A stretch of DNA of 64,000 nucleotides from NCBI GenBank assembly GCA_963740315.1, contig CAVUDP010000002.1, forward strand, positions 832,001 to 896,000, given 5' to 3'. Positions 9,253-19,141 of the stretch are shown in pieces. The stretch comes from an uncultured cyanobacterium. Lineage in GTDB: Bacteria > Cyanobacteriota > Cyanobacteriia > Cyanobacteriales > Nostocaceae. The notes beneath the pieces are model-generated. The model was not told where the DNA came from and made no database searches. It saw nothing but the letters and a program-made list of their open reading frames with translations. The translations under genes and the position numbers were made by a program. Each line of letters starts with the position of its first letter. The stretch's first letter is position 1.

Positions 9253-9873
9253 ATGACTCAAAACTGGTTCGACAACATATACAACAAAGCTCAAGGAGAC
9301 TCCAACCAAGTTCCTTGGGCAAATATGACAGCAAATGCCTATCTCAAAGATTGGTTAAATCAACATCCACTTGAGAAAAATTTAACAGCGTTAGTTATAG
9401 GATGCGGATTGGGAGACGATGCCGAAGCTTTAGCCGAGAAAGGATTTAACGTTACCGCTTTTGATATTTCTCCTACTGCGATCGCTTGGTGCAAGCAAAG
9501 ATTTCCCAATTCTTCAGTTAACTATGTTGTTGCTGATGTCTTTGATTTAGATAAAGGATGGATACGAAATTTTGATTTTGTTTTTGAAGCCAGAACAATT
9601 CAATCTTTACCGTTAAAAGTTCGCGAGCAAACAATGTCAGCAGTTGCTCAATTAGTCGCCGATGAAGGAACATTATTAGTTGTAACAGTTACCCGCGATA
9701 CTCCTGAAGAACCAGATGGACCACCTTATCCTTTATCTTTAGAAGAAATCGATTATTTTCTAAACTTGGGATTGCAAGAGATTAACCGTAATAGTTACTC
9801 TGAGAAAAACAGTAGATTCCCCAAACGTTTAAGAATTGAATACCGTTTTAAGTCAGAAAATAAATTATCTTGA
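9253..9873 (+). CDS. Class I SAM-dependent methyltransferase (TPMT-like)
   Basis: ALVIGCGLGDDA motif I, FDISPTAI, GPPYPLS. Confidence 0.88.
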   Translation: MTQNWFDNIYNKAQGDSNQVPWANMTANAYLKDWLNQHPLEKNLTALVIGCGLGDDAEALAEKGFNVTAFDISPTAIAWCKQRFPNSSVNYVVADVFDLDKGWIRNFDFVFEARTIQSLPLKVREQTMSAVAQLVADEGTLLVVTVTRDTPEEPDGPPYPLSLEEIDYFLNLGLQEINRNSYSEKNSRFPKRLRIEYRFKSENKLS

Positions 9874-9908
9874 GGCAACTGTTTACTTTAAAAAATTGAG
9901 GAAACAGC

Positions 9909-10691
9909 ATGACACTTTACGAGTCTATTGGAAAAACCTACGCACAAACTCGAAAGAGCGATTCACGTATAGGAAGAAAACTATTACAGCTTCTGGAATC
10001 AACGCACGCTTCAAAAATTGTAGATATTGGTGCTGGAACTGGCTCTTATGCATTTTTTCTTGCCGAGTATGGTTATGAAGTTCTTGCAGTAGAGCCTTCA
10101 GCGACGATGAGAAATCAGGCGATATCCCATCCAGCCATCGAGTGGATTGATGGGTATGCTGAAAATTTACCATTACCAGAGCGATCGGCAGAAGCGGCGA
10201 TAATTATGCTTGCTTTACACCATTTACAAGATTATCGGCAAGCATTGCGCGAAATTCATCGAGTTGTTGGTAACGGTAAGATAATTGTGTTTACTTACGA
10301 TCCGGCAATGATAAGTAGCTTTTGGTTAACTAAATATTTTCCTTCGTTTATTGAAGATGTTGAATCTACTTTTATATCGATGTCGGAGTTAACTGATGAA
10401 ATTCATTCGGTAACTGGAAATAACGCAAACATAATTCCTTTTCGGTTGCCGCATAATTTATCAGATTCCTTTGCAGCTGTTGGTTGGGCAAGACCGGAAT
10501 TATACCTCGATCGCAGCATTCGTGATGGTATTTCTTCTTTTACGAAAATCGATCCAGAGGAAGTTAATCGAGGGGTATTGCGCTTGCAAGAAGATTTGCA
10601 AACGGGAAGATGGGATAAAGAATACGGACATTTACGAAGGCAGAAGCAATATGATGTTGGCTATCGTTTTATTCAAACCATAGTTTTGTGA
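9909..10691 (+). CDS. Class I SAM-dependent methyltransferase (type 11)
   Basis: IVDIGAGTG, VEPS, AENLPLP motifs. Confidence 0.88.
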   Translation: MTLYESIGKTYAQTRKSDSRIGRKLLQLLESTHASKIVDIGAGTGSYAFFLAEYGYEVLAVEPSATMRNQAISHPAIEWIDGYAENLPLPERSAEAAIIMLALHHLQDYRQALREIHRVVGNGKIIVFTYDPAMISSFWLTKYFPSFIEDVESTFISMSELTDEIHSVTGNNANIIPFRLPHNLSDSFAAVGWARPELYLDRSIRDGISSFTKIDPEEVNRGVLRLQEDLQTGRWDKEYGHLRRQKQYDVGYRFIQTIVL

Positions 10692-10731
10692 AATTATTGC
10701 TTTACGCATTTTGCTGTTAACTTCCAACAAT

Positions 10732-10802
10732 TGGTGCGTGAGGGCAAAATTAACATCTACCAGTTATGTTTGATAATTTATCGTAGCCGTCACACACCCT
10801 AC
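10732..10802. repeat. GTAG-type palindromic repeat (reverse orientation)
   Basis: TGGTGCGTGAGGGC...GCCGTCACACACCCTAC, same family as the 4351 units and 32148-32215. Confidence 0.75.
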
Positions 10803-10850
10803 AACAAGTTCTTTGTGGGAAACAGTTTTGGAGGAATATGTAACAGAATC

Positions 10851-10978
10851 TAAGTAGGTTGGCACTAATAAATCAAACTATGTAACGAAAAGTAAAAGCT
10901 CGAAATGCTTGGGATTGCGTCGTCGTGCCTCCTCGCAATGACAAATCACAACTATATTTATTCACGCCGACTTACTTA
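10851..10978. mobile_element. MITE-like element with TA-terminated inverted ends
   Basis: TAAGTAGGTTGGC ... GCCGACTTACTTA; no coding capacity; relative at 34311-34483. Confidence 0.65.
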
Positions 10979-11113
10979 AATACTTAATTATTATTGTCCA
11001 AACCCAAATATTAATCCCAAAGATACAAGTATTGAGTCAAGCAAGCATCATACTATTGAAATTGATAAATAATTTCATTGCAGAATTTATTTTCTGTTCA
11101 TTTTAGGATAATT

Positions 11114-11776
11114 ATGAGTAAAAAAACTAAGAAAACTAAAAAATCAAAAACAGATTCTCAAAAAAATAGCACCGAAAACAAGCGTCCAGTAGAAAAAGGT
11201 TTAGAAATAGACCATACTTTTAACGAAGATGGCGATCGTCCGGTTGCTAAGAGCAATTTTGAAGTAGAAGAAACTTACAACGTAGAAAATCAGGCAAAAA
11301 TAGTTCAAAGCGATTATAAACAAGGTGAATTTATTCATGTAGATGGTAATCGCCCAGTCGATCCAAGCCACTTAGAAATAGACCATACTTTTAACGAAGA
11401 TGGCGATCGCCCGGTTGCTAAGAGCAATTTTGAAGTAGAAGAAACTTACAACGTAGAAAATCAGGCAAAAATAGCCAAAAGCGATTATAAACAAGGTGAA
11501 TTTATTCACGTAGACGGTAATCGCCCAGTCGATCCAAGCAATTTAAAAATAGACCATACTTTTAGAGACGATGGCGATCGCCCGGTTGGTAAAAGCAATT
11601 TTGAAGTAGAAGAAACATTTCATGTAGATGGCGATCGTCCGATTGCCAAGAGCAATTTTGAAGATAATCAAATGATTAATGAAGACGGTCAGCGTCCGGT
11701 TGACGCAAGCGATTTACAAATAGACCATATGTTAAATATAGATGGTCAGCGTCCGGTTGGTAAAAGCAATTTGTAG
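11114..11776 (+). CDS. Hypothetical protein made of ~11 19-aa repeats (DG[D/N/Q]RP[V/I]xxS)
   Basis: ATG at 11114; Lys-rich N-terminus; 171-bp near-identical duplication starting at 11201 and 11372. Confidence 0.85.
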   Translation: MSKKTKKTKKSKTDSQKNSTENKRPVEKGLEIDHTFNEDGDRPVAKSNFEVEETYNVENQAKIVQSDYKQGEFIHVDGNRPVDPSHLEIDHTFNEDGDRPVAKSNFEVEETYNVENQAKIAKSDYKQGEFIHVDGNRPVDPSNLKIDHTFRDDGDRPVGKSNFEVEETFHVDGDRPIAKSNFEDNQMINEDGQRPVDASDLQIDHMLNIDGQRPVGKSNL

Positions 11777-11794
11777 ATATATTCATTAATTAGA

Positions 11795-11850
11795 GTTCGT
11801 AGTAAGGGCTTAAGCCCTTCTATCTGAGGACTAAAGTCCTTACTACAAAC
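11795..11850. repeat. Paired REP-like hairpin repeat between convergent genes
   Basis: GTTCGTAGTAAGGGCTTAAGCCCTT...GAGGACTAAAGTCCTTACTACAAAC; near-identical copy 36970-37025; relatives 18909-19054 and 25165-25217. Confidence 0.8.
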
Positions 11851-11861
11851 ATATTTTAAAT

Positions 11862-13151
11862 TTATCCCAACACCAAACGAACCAAACTAAAAATAACCGC
11901 GCTTAAAACTGCACTCACCGGAAGCGTAATAATCCAAGCAGCAGCAATTCCTTGCAAAGTTTTGAACTGCACCGATTTTATATCTTGAACTATTCCAATA
12001 CCAACCACACCACCAACAAGTGCGTGAGAAGTAGAAACGGGTAAACCAAAACGAGACGCGAGAATCACCGTAGTAGCGGTTGCTAATTCCGCACAAAAGC
12101 CGCTACTTGGCTGCAAAGCAATAATACTTTCGCCAATAGTTGCGATCACCTTTTTACCCCAAACCGCCAAACCAAAAACAATCCCAGCACCACCGATCGC
12201 CAGAATCCATATAGGAATATCTAAATCATAAATAGGAACTTTCCCAGTTTTATTGACATAAGTTATAGCAGCCAAAGGAGCGATCGCATTTCCCACATCA
12301 TTTGAGCCGTGAGCAAACGCCACAAAACAAGCACTCAACAATTGGAATCTACCAAATATACGCTCAACGGGATTAGGAAATTGAGCATTGTTTTCTACCC
12401 CCTCTACCCCCTCTACCCCTTCTCCCCCCTCTCTCCCCAACTCTCGCCAACTATAAACTGTAAGCCCCACAGCCGCAAATGTACCGATAAAAAGTGGAAC
12501 ATCATGAGACGGTATATTCCAACCAACATCATTAATTAAATAACTTGCAAGCGGTTGAGTTACTTTGGGTAAAACGATGATTCCGAATACTCCCAGCAAG
12601 AAAGCACTCAACCAGGGAATCCACTCATTTAGCTGTCGTAATTGTTGCGGTTGGTCTAAAATCCAACGCTTAATTTGACTGTAAAATAAAGCCGCAATAC
12701 AACCGCTGATAACAGGCGTAATAATCCATCCCAAAGTAATCATGCCAATCGATGACCACTCAACTGCACCAAACCCAACAGCCGTAATACTAAAACCGGC
12801 GATCGCACCAACAACTGCATGGGAAGAAGAAACTGGTAAACCCCGTGACGTGGCAATTTGTAACCATATAGCGCTAGCCAATAACACGGAAAACATCCCG
12901 GTAGCAAAAACCTGGGGTACATTGGCAAATATTTCCGGATTAGTTACCTCCGTCGCCAAAGTTTGGGATACCTCATGTCCGAATAAAACAGCGCCGCTAA
13001 ATTCCAGAATTCCAGCAATTATCAAAGCCTGTTTTAAAGTAATAGCCTTGGAGCCTACCGAAGTACCCATTGCATTTGCAACATCATTTGCTCCCAGATT
13101 CCAAGCAAGGTAGAAAGCTAATAAGATAACTATAAAAATAGGGATTGTCAT
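11862..13151 (-). CDS. PiT family inorganic phosphate transporter
   Basis: GANDVANAMGT and HGSNDVGNAIAP signature motifs, PVSSSHA/PVSTSHA, multi-TM. Confidence 0.93.
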   Translation of the reverse strand: MTIPIFIVILLAFYLAWNLGANDVANAMGTSVGSKAITLKQALIIAGILEFSGAVLFGHEVSQTLATEVTNPEIFANVPQVFATGMFSVLLASAIWLQIATSRGLPVSSSHAVVGAIAGFSITAVGFGAVEWSSIGMITLGWIITPVISGCIAALFYSQIKRWILDQPQQLRQLNEWIPWLSAFLLGVFGIIVLPKVTQPLASYLINDVGWNIPSHDVPLFIGTFAAVGLTVYSWRELGREGGEGVEGVEGVENNAQFPNPVERIFGRFQLLSACFVAFAHGSNDVGNAIAPLAAITYVNKTGKVPIYDLDIPIWILAIGGAGIVFGLAVWGKKVIATIGESIIALQPSSGFCAELATATTVILASRFGLPVSTSHALVGGVVGIGIVQDIKSVQFKTLQGIAAAWIITLPVSAVLSAVIFSLVRLVLG

Positions 13152-13362
13152 ATTTAATTAATAGGGAATTGATAATTGCTATACGCCCGCACGCAATACC
13201 TACGGTACGCAACGCTTGCCGCGTGAATGGTAATTGCTAATTGGTAATTAAAAACTCCTAACTCCGGTGGTCCTAAATCCCAACTCCGGTGGTCCCAACT
13301 TCTAACTCCCAACTCCGGTGGTCCCAACTTCTTCACCGTCTCTGTCTACTATCGAGTGGTAA

Positions 13363-14256
13363 TTAGTTCCACTTGCTTACACACAGCATATTAACGGGAT
13401 ACGGACAGGTAATTTGTCCATCTGGGTTGGTTTTACTAATTTCACGTAGATAATCTAAAAACATTTGCTTTTGGGAAGCCGAAAAGTATTTGGTATCGAC
13501 TCCAAGGATAAAATCGAGCAATTGTTTTCCTCGTTCTAACTGCGAATCAAAACAAGTTGAAATGTCGAGGGAGGCTGGAATAGCTTGTTTGGAATAAGCA
13601 ATTTGGCGAATATCTAACGTTTCTTCAATCTGATGACTATACAAGGGAACTCTACCCCATAGCTTATTTGAGATAGAGAAAAATGGAATAGCCATATCTT
13701 CCAAAGGTGCATTCATTACTACCAATTTGCTGTCTGAATTGAGAATATTTCTAATTTTTGAAAGTGTTGATTCGAGATCGGAGCAATAATACAATACATG
13801 AATGCATAAAATGGCATCGAAAGATTGCTTGAAGGAGCAGGAATTGAAATCTTCGTTAAAAATCTCAAAAGAAAAGTTTTCGTTTTCACGAGCAAGGTTA
13901 TCAAGTTTTTGTTGAGTTGCCAAAGTCTGTTCTTTATTAGAATCTATGCCTACAAAATGAATCTTTTGATTTTTGGCAAGCAACTTTTTTAATAAAGGTA
14001 CTTCAAAAGATCCGCTTCCACAGCCCACACTCAGGATACTGTAACTGCTTCGATCTTCAAATGTTTTTTCAAAATAAATAAACATTGCATCGAGCATTTT
14101 AGCTTGCTGGTTTGTACTATGACAATAAACTTCATGGCATTCCAAATAATTTTGACCTTTGAGTTCTATTAAATTGAGGTTTGGAACTTCCCCATGAAAG
14201 TATGAAATTTTAGCAAATTCCGTTGTCCATCGATCGATTGGCTGTGATGTACGCAT
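13363..14256 (-). CDS. Class I SAM-dependent methyltransferase
   Basis: ILSVGCGSG, FDAILCIHVLYY. Confidence 0.82.
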   Translation of the reverse strand: MRTSQPIDRWTTEFAKISYFHGEVPNLNLIELKGQNYLECHEVYCHSTNQQAKMLDAMFIYFEKTFEDRSSYSILSVGCGSGSFEVPLLKKLLAKNQKIHFVGIDSNKEQTLATQQKLDNLARENENFSFEIFNEDFNSCSFKQSFDAILCIHVLYYCSDLESTLSKIRNILNSDSKLVVMNAPLEDMAIPFFSISNKLWGRVPLYSHQIEETLDIRQIAYSKQAIPASLDISTCFDSQLERGKQLLDFILGVDTKYFSASQKQMFLDYLREISKTNPDGQITCPYPVNMLCVSKWN

Positions 14257-14690
14257 TTTTAGAAATATTTAATCACTCGAATTGTACTATATTCTCTTGA
14301 CCGAAATACCATTGCACGTGGTGATTGATAGTTAAGCAATTGGGACTCCGAATGGTGAATCTGAGCTAGAGTAAATTGCCCATCTGAAACCTTCTCGCAG
14401 CTAAAAGGTATAAATTTGTTCACAAAAGGGTATGCATTTGCGTTAAAAACCGGGAATATCGGCGAATAACTAACCCGTAAAACAGATATCTTGTCTTCAG
14501 AAACCCGGTTTTTTAGTCTTCTTGAAAATAGTGTAAGAAATGAATTAAAAATGATTGCAGTCGATCGAGGCTTCTAAATAATTCTTAGAAAGAAAGCTTT
14601 TTCCTTTCCCACAGATGTCTATCAATAATATTTATTCAAAACCAACTTAAAAGATGGAGAATATTATTAAAATAAGCGTAAATTACACAA

Positions 14691-16220
14691 ATGATTAATC
14701 AAATATACACCGCCGATGTATTAGTAGTTGGTGGTGGCACCGGGGGCATTACTGCGGCGATTCAAGCAGCGCGTCGAGGTGCAAAAACTATTTTAGTCAG
14801 CGAATTTTCCTGGCTGGGGGGAATGTTAACGTCTGCTGGAGTTTGCGCTCCCGATGGTAACGAATTGCAAGCTTTTCAAACCGGAATCTGGGGTACGTTT
14901 TTACAAGAATTGCGTTCTCGACAACCGTCCGGTTTAGATAACTGTTGGGCAAGTTTTTTTAGCTATCACCCCCAAATAGGAGCGCAAATATTTGCAGACT
15001 GGGTAGCCCAATTAACAAATCTGCAATGGATTTCCGGACAATTACCTCTATCCGTATTATTTCAAGATAACTGCGTTACGGGAGTTGGATTTGCAGATTT
15101 TCCGATCGATCCCTGTTTGCAGGTGCTTGGTACGATCGCGGTGCAGAAAAATTCTTGAACTATGGATGCTTGGGAAATAATTTTTTTGCGATCGATTACC
15201 CCAATTGTGGCAACGACTACGGCTTATATTTAGGACGACTGGTTGAATCGGAGTCAGCCTCAAGTGAGTTTCTCTATGAATGTGGTAATTATAGCCAAAA
15301 TTTTGCTCATTTCGTCCAATCACAACTCGGTCGTCGCTACGGTTTGGCAGAAGTTTTTCGCTACGGAATCTAAAATCCAAAATTCTTGTGGTGCGATCGC
15401 GCTTCATCCTTACTATCGAGAAAGTCGCCGCTTGGTAGGAGTCACTACGGTGAGACAGGATATTTTGCCAATTCCTGGGGGTAATGGAGCAGCTTTATAT
15501 ATAGATAGTATCGCCATTGGAAACTATATCCCGGTGTTAAGTTCGAGTTGCAACCAAAATCAATCCGTTGGGGAGGGCGTTTAACGGGAACTCCTTTCAC
15601 TATTCCTTATAGTTGCTTAGTTCCCTTGAAAATAGATGGTTTACTAGTCTGCGAAAAAAATATTTCTGTCTCGCATATAGCAAACGGTGCTACCAGATTG
15701 CAGCCTGTGGTGATGAATATCGCTCAAGCTGCGGGAATGGCTGCGGCGATGTGTATTGAGATAAATTGTCAACCCAGAAATTTACCTGTAAGAGCATTGC
15801 AACAAGCTTTATTAAACGATCTACAAGCACCAGCAGCAATATATGTTGTTCAATTTACTACCAAAACACCCAGATTGGTCGAGTAAGCAGCTGTATTATT
15901 TAGACAACTTTCGTGACTACCCTGCTAGCGGTAATTGTCCCGACACATCTAAGCTTAAGTACTCATACGGTAATGAAAATACAGTACTGCTACGGAATAG
16001 TTACTGTTATAAAGGCATTTATCAGCGTATACATCAGCAAGATTACAGATTGAAAATTACCGCTATAACTGTATATAAAGAATAGATTTATCAGCTTTTA
16101 ACTTTAAACCCAGATGTAGCTTTAGCCTTAGAATCACTGTCTGACAAAGATATAGTAGATATTTGGGTCGGATAAGTCATGCTGGTAGCTGGTTATTAGT
16201 AGAACACATAGCGAATAACT
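14691..16220 (+). pseudogene. Disrupted FAD-dependent oxidoreductase
   Basis: DVLVVGGGTGG Rossmann motif, then fragments in several frames: NYG (15155), HPYYRESRRLVG (15243), TPFTIPY...ISVSHIANGATRLQP (15548), LFNLLPKHPDW (15843). Confidence 0.85.
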
Positions 16221-16237
16221 AAGAAAAAAATAATATA

Positions 16238-16292
16238 GTAAAAAAAAGTACTATTTGGCAAAATATCCGGATGCAGTAATTAAAACTAAGTA
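16238..16292 (+). promoter_or_regulatory. patX promoter: NtcA box plus DIF1 motif
   Basis: GTA-AAAAAAAG-TAC 16238-16251; TCCGGA 16266-16271 followed 18 nt later by GTA at 16290. Confidence 0.8.
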
Positions 16293-16328
16293 TCAGGAAA
16301 GTAGATAGTTCAAAAATAAACATCTACT

Positions 16329-16544
16329 ATGCGTACAGCCATTTCACTTTTAGTTACAAGTTTCGTATTCGGCTCCTTAGCTGTTAACTTCCAAGAAATA
16401 GGAAATTCTTTAGTAAATGAAATGTTTTCCACTTCTGGAGAGCAAGAATTATTATTAAGTAGATCCAATCCACATAAGAAGCCTACAGCACCTCATAGAG
16501 GTAGTGGACGCAGAGAGTTTATGGAATATTCCAACAACACTTAA
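16329..16544 (+). CDS. patX: Heterocyst-inhibiting signalling peptide precursor PatX
   Basis: Hydrophobic N-terminal signal, PHRGSGRR near the C-terminus, DIF1 promoter, position between the FAD oxidoreductase and the glnA region. Confidence 0.9.
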   Translation: MRTAISLLVTSFVFGSLAVNFQEIGNSLVNEMFSTSGEQELLLSRSNPHKKPTAPHRGSGRREFMEYSNNT

Positions 16545-17161
16545 TTCTGCTGCATCGCTACAATTCTTGCAACGCATAGAACCTGTAAGTTCTGTTATAT
16601 CAAGTACTCCCGTATAGCTTGTAAGGTGTTAAAAATCACTATTTACCTTATTTGCTTCGTGCAGATATCAAATTTGCGACACGGCATTGTTAGATAATTG
16701 TTCGTTATTATTTATTTCGTCTGTCTGTATAAATAGCCAGTCAAACCATATATATCAACGGTTTATTGATTGTCTAGTTAGATAGCATCATAATCGCTTC
16801 TCCACCGAGAAATTTTTCTCACACACGTCTGCCACTAGAAAGTTAATCTTCCAATTTGTTTCCATATTTGGAATATGATTCCTGCGATTGCGATCGGTAG
16901 GACATCTAGTTTAAATATGCTTACTTTTAGAAGAGGCTAGAATCGAAGCGTCCGTTTTTTATAAATTAAGTACAACCAGCAAGTAACCTCATTTGCGCTC
17001 CGCAGCAAATAATCAAGATTACCGCCATTATTTGTGCTTAGTTACAGCTGATTATTATAAATTCGGTGATTCACTCACCTAAATGTTATGCATCCTATGC
17101 TTGTTTATGACTAGAGGCGAAAATTCGTCTCTAGTATTTGCTTTGTTTTGATAAAAATATG

Positions 17162-17192
17162 AAAAAAGGGCATATAATAAATGCCCTTAAAA
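17162..17192 (-). terminator. Rho-independent terminator of the 17249-18307 gene
   Basis: AAAAAAAGGGCAT-ATAATAA-ATGCCCTT hairpin with U-tract on the minus strand. Confidence 0.65.
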
Positions 17193-17248
17193 ACTAATAC
17201 AAATACATTTCTTGTATCAACCGAAAATCTATAATGATTCAAAAAAAC

Positions 17249-18307
17249 CTATGCTGAAGGTTTGCGAGCAATCAAATATTTGCTCATATGGTGAACCTGC
17301 ATCTCAATGTTCTCAAAACCAGCCGTTTCTAAACGCTCTACTAAATTATCAGTCACATAATTCATGTAGAAAGGTTCGTGGAAGGTTTGTTGGAAGTTTT
17401 GCATTGCGGGTTCGACTTCCGGTGAATCGCTCATTTGCACTGAATCGCAAAGAATAAAAGTTCCACCCGGTTTTGTAACTCGGAAGGCTTCGTTAATTAC
17501 TCGCTGACGTACTGGTGCTGGTAATTCGTGGAAAAGAAAAATACAAGTTGTGGCGTGAAAATAGTCATCTAAATAAGGTAACTCTTCAGCATTAGCTTGC
17601 AAAAGTTGCGGTAATTCTCCAGGAATTTCTGAGAGCAGTTGATTAGCTTTCCGCAAGTAAGTTGGAGATAAGTCCGTACCAAACAACGAGCAGTACGGTA
17701 AAGTTGCTCGAATCATCTTTAAAGTACGCCCGGTACCGCAAGCTATATCTAAAACACGTTGTTGACGTGGAGATACATCTTTCATAACTTTCAAACCTTC
17801 TTTTAATGGAGCCAAAATTCTGCGTCGCATTGCATCGGCAGCACCATTAAAGAGAATTTCTACCCCTAAATCGTACAGGTTAGCAGATGATTCGCTCAAA
17901 TAACCATCGGTTTGATAATGGAAATTCCGTGCGTAGTATTTGGGATAATCTTTAATATCTATATTTGGAGAAAATTCCTGATATTTTTGTTGTTTAGCTC
18001 GCTCCCAAGTTTGGGGTAAATCCATCCATAGTTGGGGATAATAAAGAAAAAAATCTTCCCAAGGATTGTCAAACAATAGGCTTTTGGGATACACGCCTTT
18101 TTCGGCATCTTCCCAATCAGCTTCTAATAAATTATTTAGACGCTCCTGTAATTTGAGTAATAACTCTGTGGGAATCGGTGTTACTTTCTTCTCCACCGGA
18201 GATAAAGCTTTCATCAGCTCCGTGCTGATAATTTTATGAGCTAAACCAAAAATACTTTTACCCTGTTGAAATGTCTGGTAAGTAAATTTTGTTAAAGTGT
18301 CTGGCAT
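17249..18307 (-). CDS. Class I SAM-dependent methyltransferase (UbiE-like)
   Basis: VLDIACGTG, NFHYQTDGYLS, FLFHELP, KPGG. Confidence 0.9.
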   Translation of the reverse strand: MPDTLTKFTYQTFQQGKSIFGLAHKIISTELMKALSPVEKKVTPIPTELLLKLQERLNNLLEADWEDAEKGVYPKSLLFDNPWEDFFLYYPQLWMDLPQTWERAKQQKYQEFSPNIDIKDYPKYYARNFHYQTDGYLSESSANLYDLGVEILFNGAADAMRRRILAPLKEGLKVMKDVSPRQQRVLDIACGTGRTLKMIRATLPYCSLFGTDLSPTYLRKANQLLSEIPGELPQLLQANAEELPYLDDYFHATTCIFLFHELPAPVRQRVINEAFRVTKPGGTFILCDSVQMSDSPEVEPAMQNFQQTFHEPFYMNYVTDNLVERLETAGFENIEMQVHHMSKYLIARKPSA

Positions 18308-18598
18308 AGTATCTCTAAATTTTGTAACCTATTCTCATTTTATTGAAATATTTTGTAATAAACAATCATAAAGGTTGAAAAAAAAATCTGTGTAATTGAC
18401 TAAGACCTATCGAAAGAAAGATGCTAAGCACCAGTACTTCCTTCCGGTATATTTTTTTTCAATATTAAGATTAAATATCATTTTTGCAACCAAACAGTTA
18501 GAGAAAGTACTTTGAATCGCCAGTAGCCTCTAAAATCAAAAACGAATCGAGACTTCACATAAGTTTATATGTTTTTTTAATAAAAAAGTCGGAAAACC

Positions 18599-18629
18599 GT
18601 AGTCATTGTTACAGAATTATTCGTACAAT
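18599..18629 (+). promoter_or_regulatory. gifA promoter with NtcA site in repressor position
   Basis: GTAGTCATTGTTAC 18599-18612, only 11 nt upstream of -10 TACAAT 18624-18629. Confidence 0.82.
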
Positions 18630-18699
18630 TAAGAAAAGCGGAAAAATAAGTTTACTAGATATTTCTAGATATTAATAAAAAATAAGGAGTCAAAAAATT

Positions 18700-18900
18700 A
18701 TGAATACTCAAGAAAAAGCACGTGCTTTAATGCAAGGTCATTATCAAACCATTAAAAATCGCCAACAGTCAATGCTCGGACGTGTAGGAGAGGAAATTGG
18801 TCTTCCAGGAGAAGTATCTGGTTATTGGAATCCAATTCAAGGAAAAATAAATCCTTCTGCGTGGAATAATTACGATCGCAGCAATGCGACAATGAGCTAA
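18700..18900 (+). CDS. gifA: Glutamine synthetase inactivating factor IF7
   Basis: MNTQEKARALM...KNRQQSMLGR..EEIG; AAGGAG RBS; convergent with glnA. Confidence 0.92.
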   Translation: MNTQEKARALMQGHYQTIKNRQQSMLGRVGEEIGLPGEVSGYWNPIQGKINPSAWNNYDRSNATMS

Positions 18901-19055
18901 GAAATATTTGTTTGTAGTAAGGGCTTCAGCCCTCAACTCAATGAAATATTTGTTCGTAGTAAGAGCTTTAGCTCTCAATGAAATATTTGTTTTACGTGCC
19001 GGCATTGGTTCCCTCAATCAGCAATATAGAGGGCTAAAGCCCTTACTACGAACCT

Positions 19056-19090
19056 AAAAAAAAAGCCACCCCTAAAAAGGTGGCTTAATT
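19056..19090 (-). terminator. glnA intrinsic terminator
   Basis: AAGCCACC-8 nt loop-GGTGGCTT stem; long A-run on the left gives a U-tract on the minus strand. Confidence 0.75.
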
Positions 19091-19141
19091 TATGTTTTTT
19101 AACTATCTCGGATTGACCGAAATCTACAAAAAAATCCCTTT

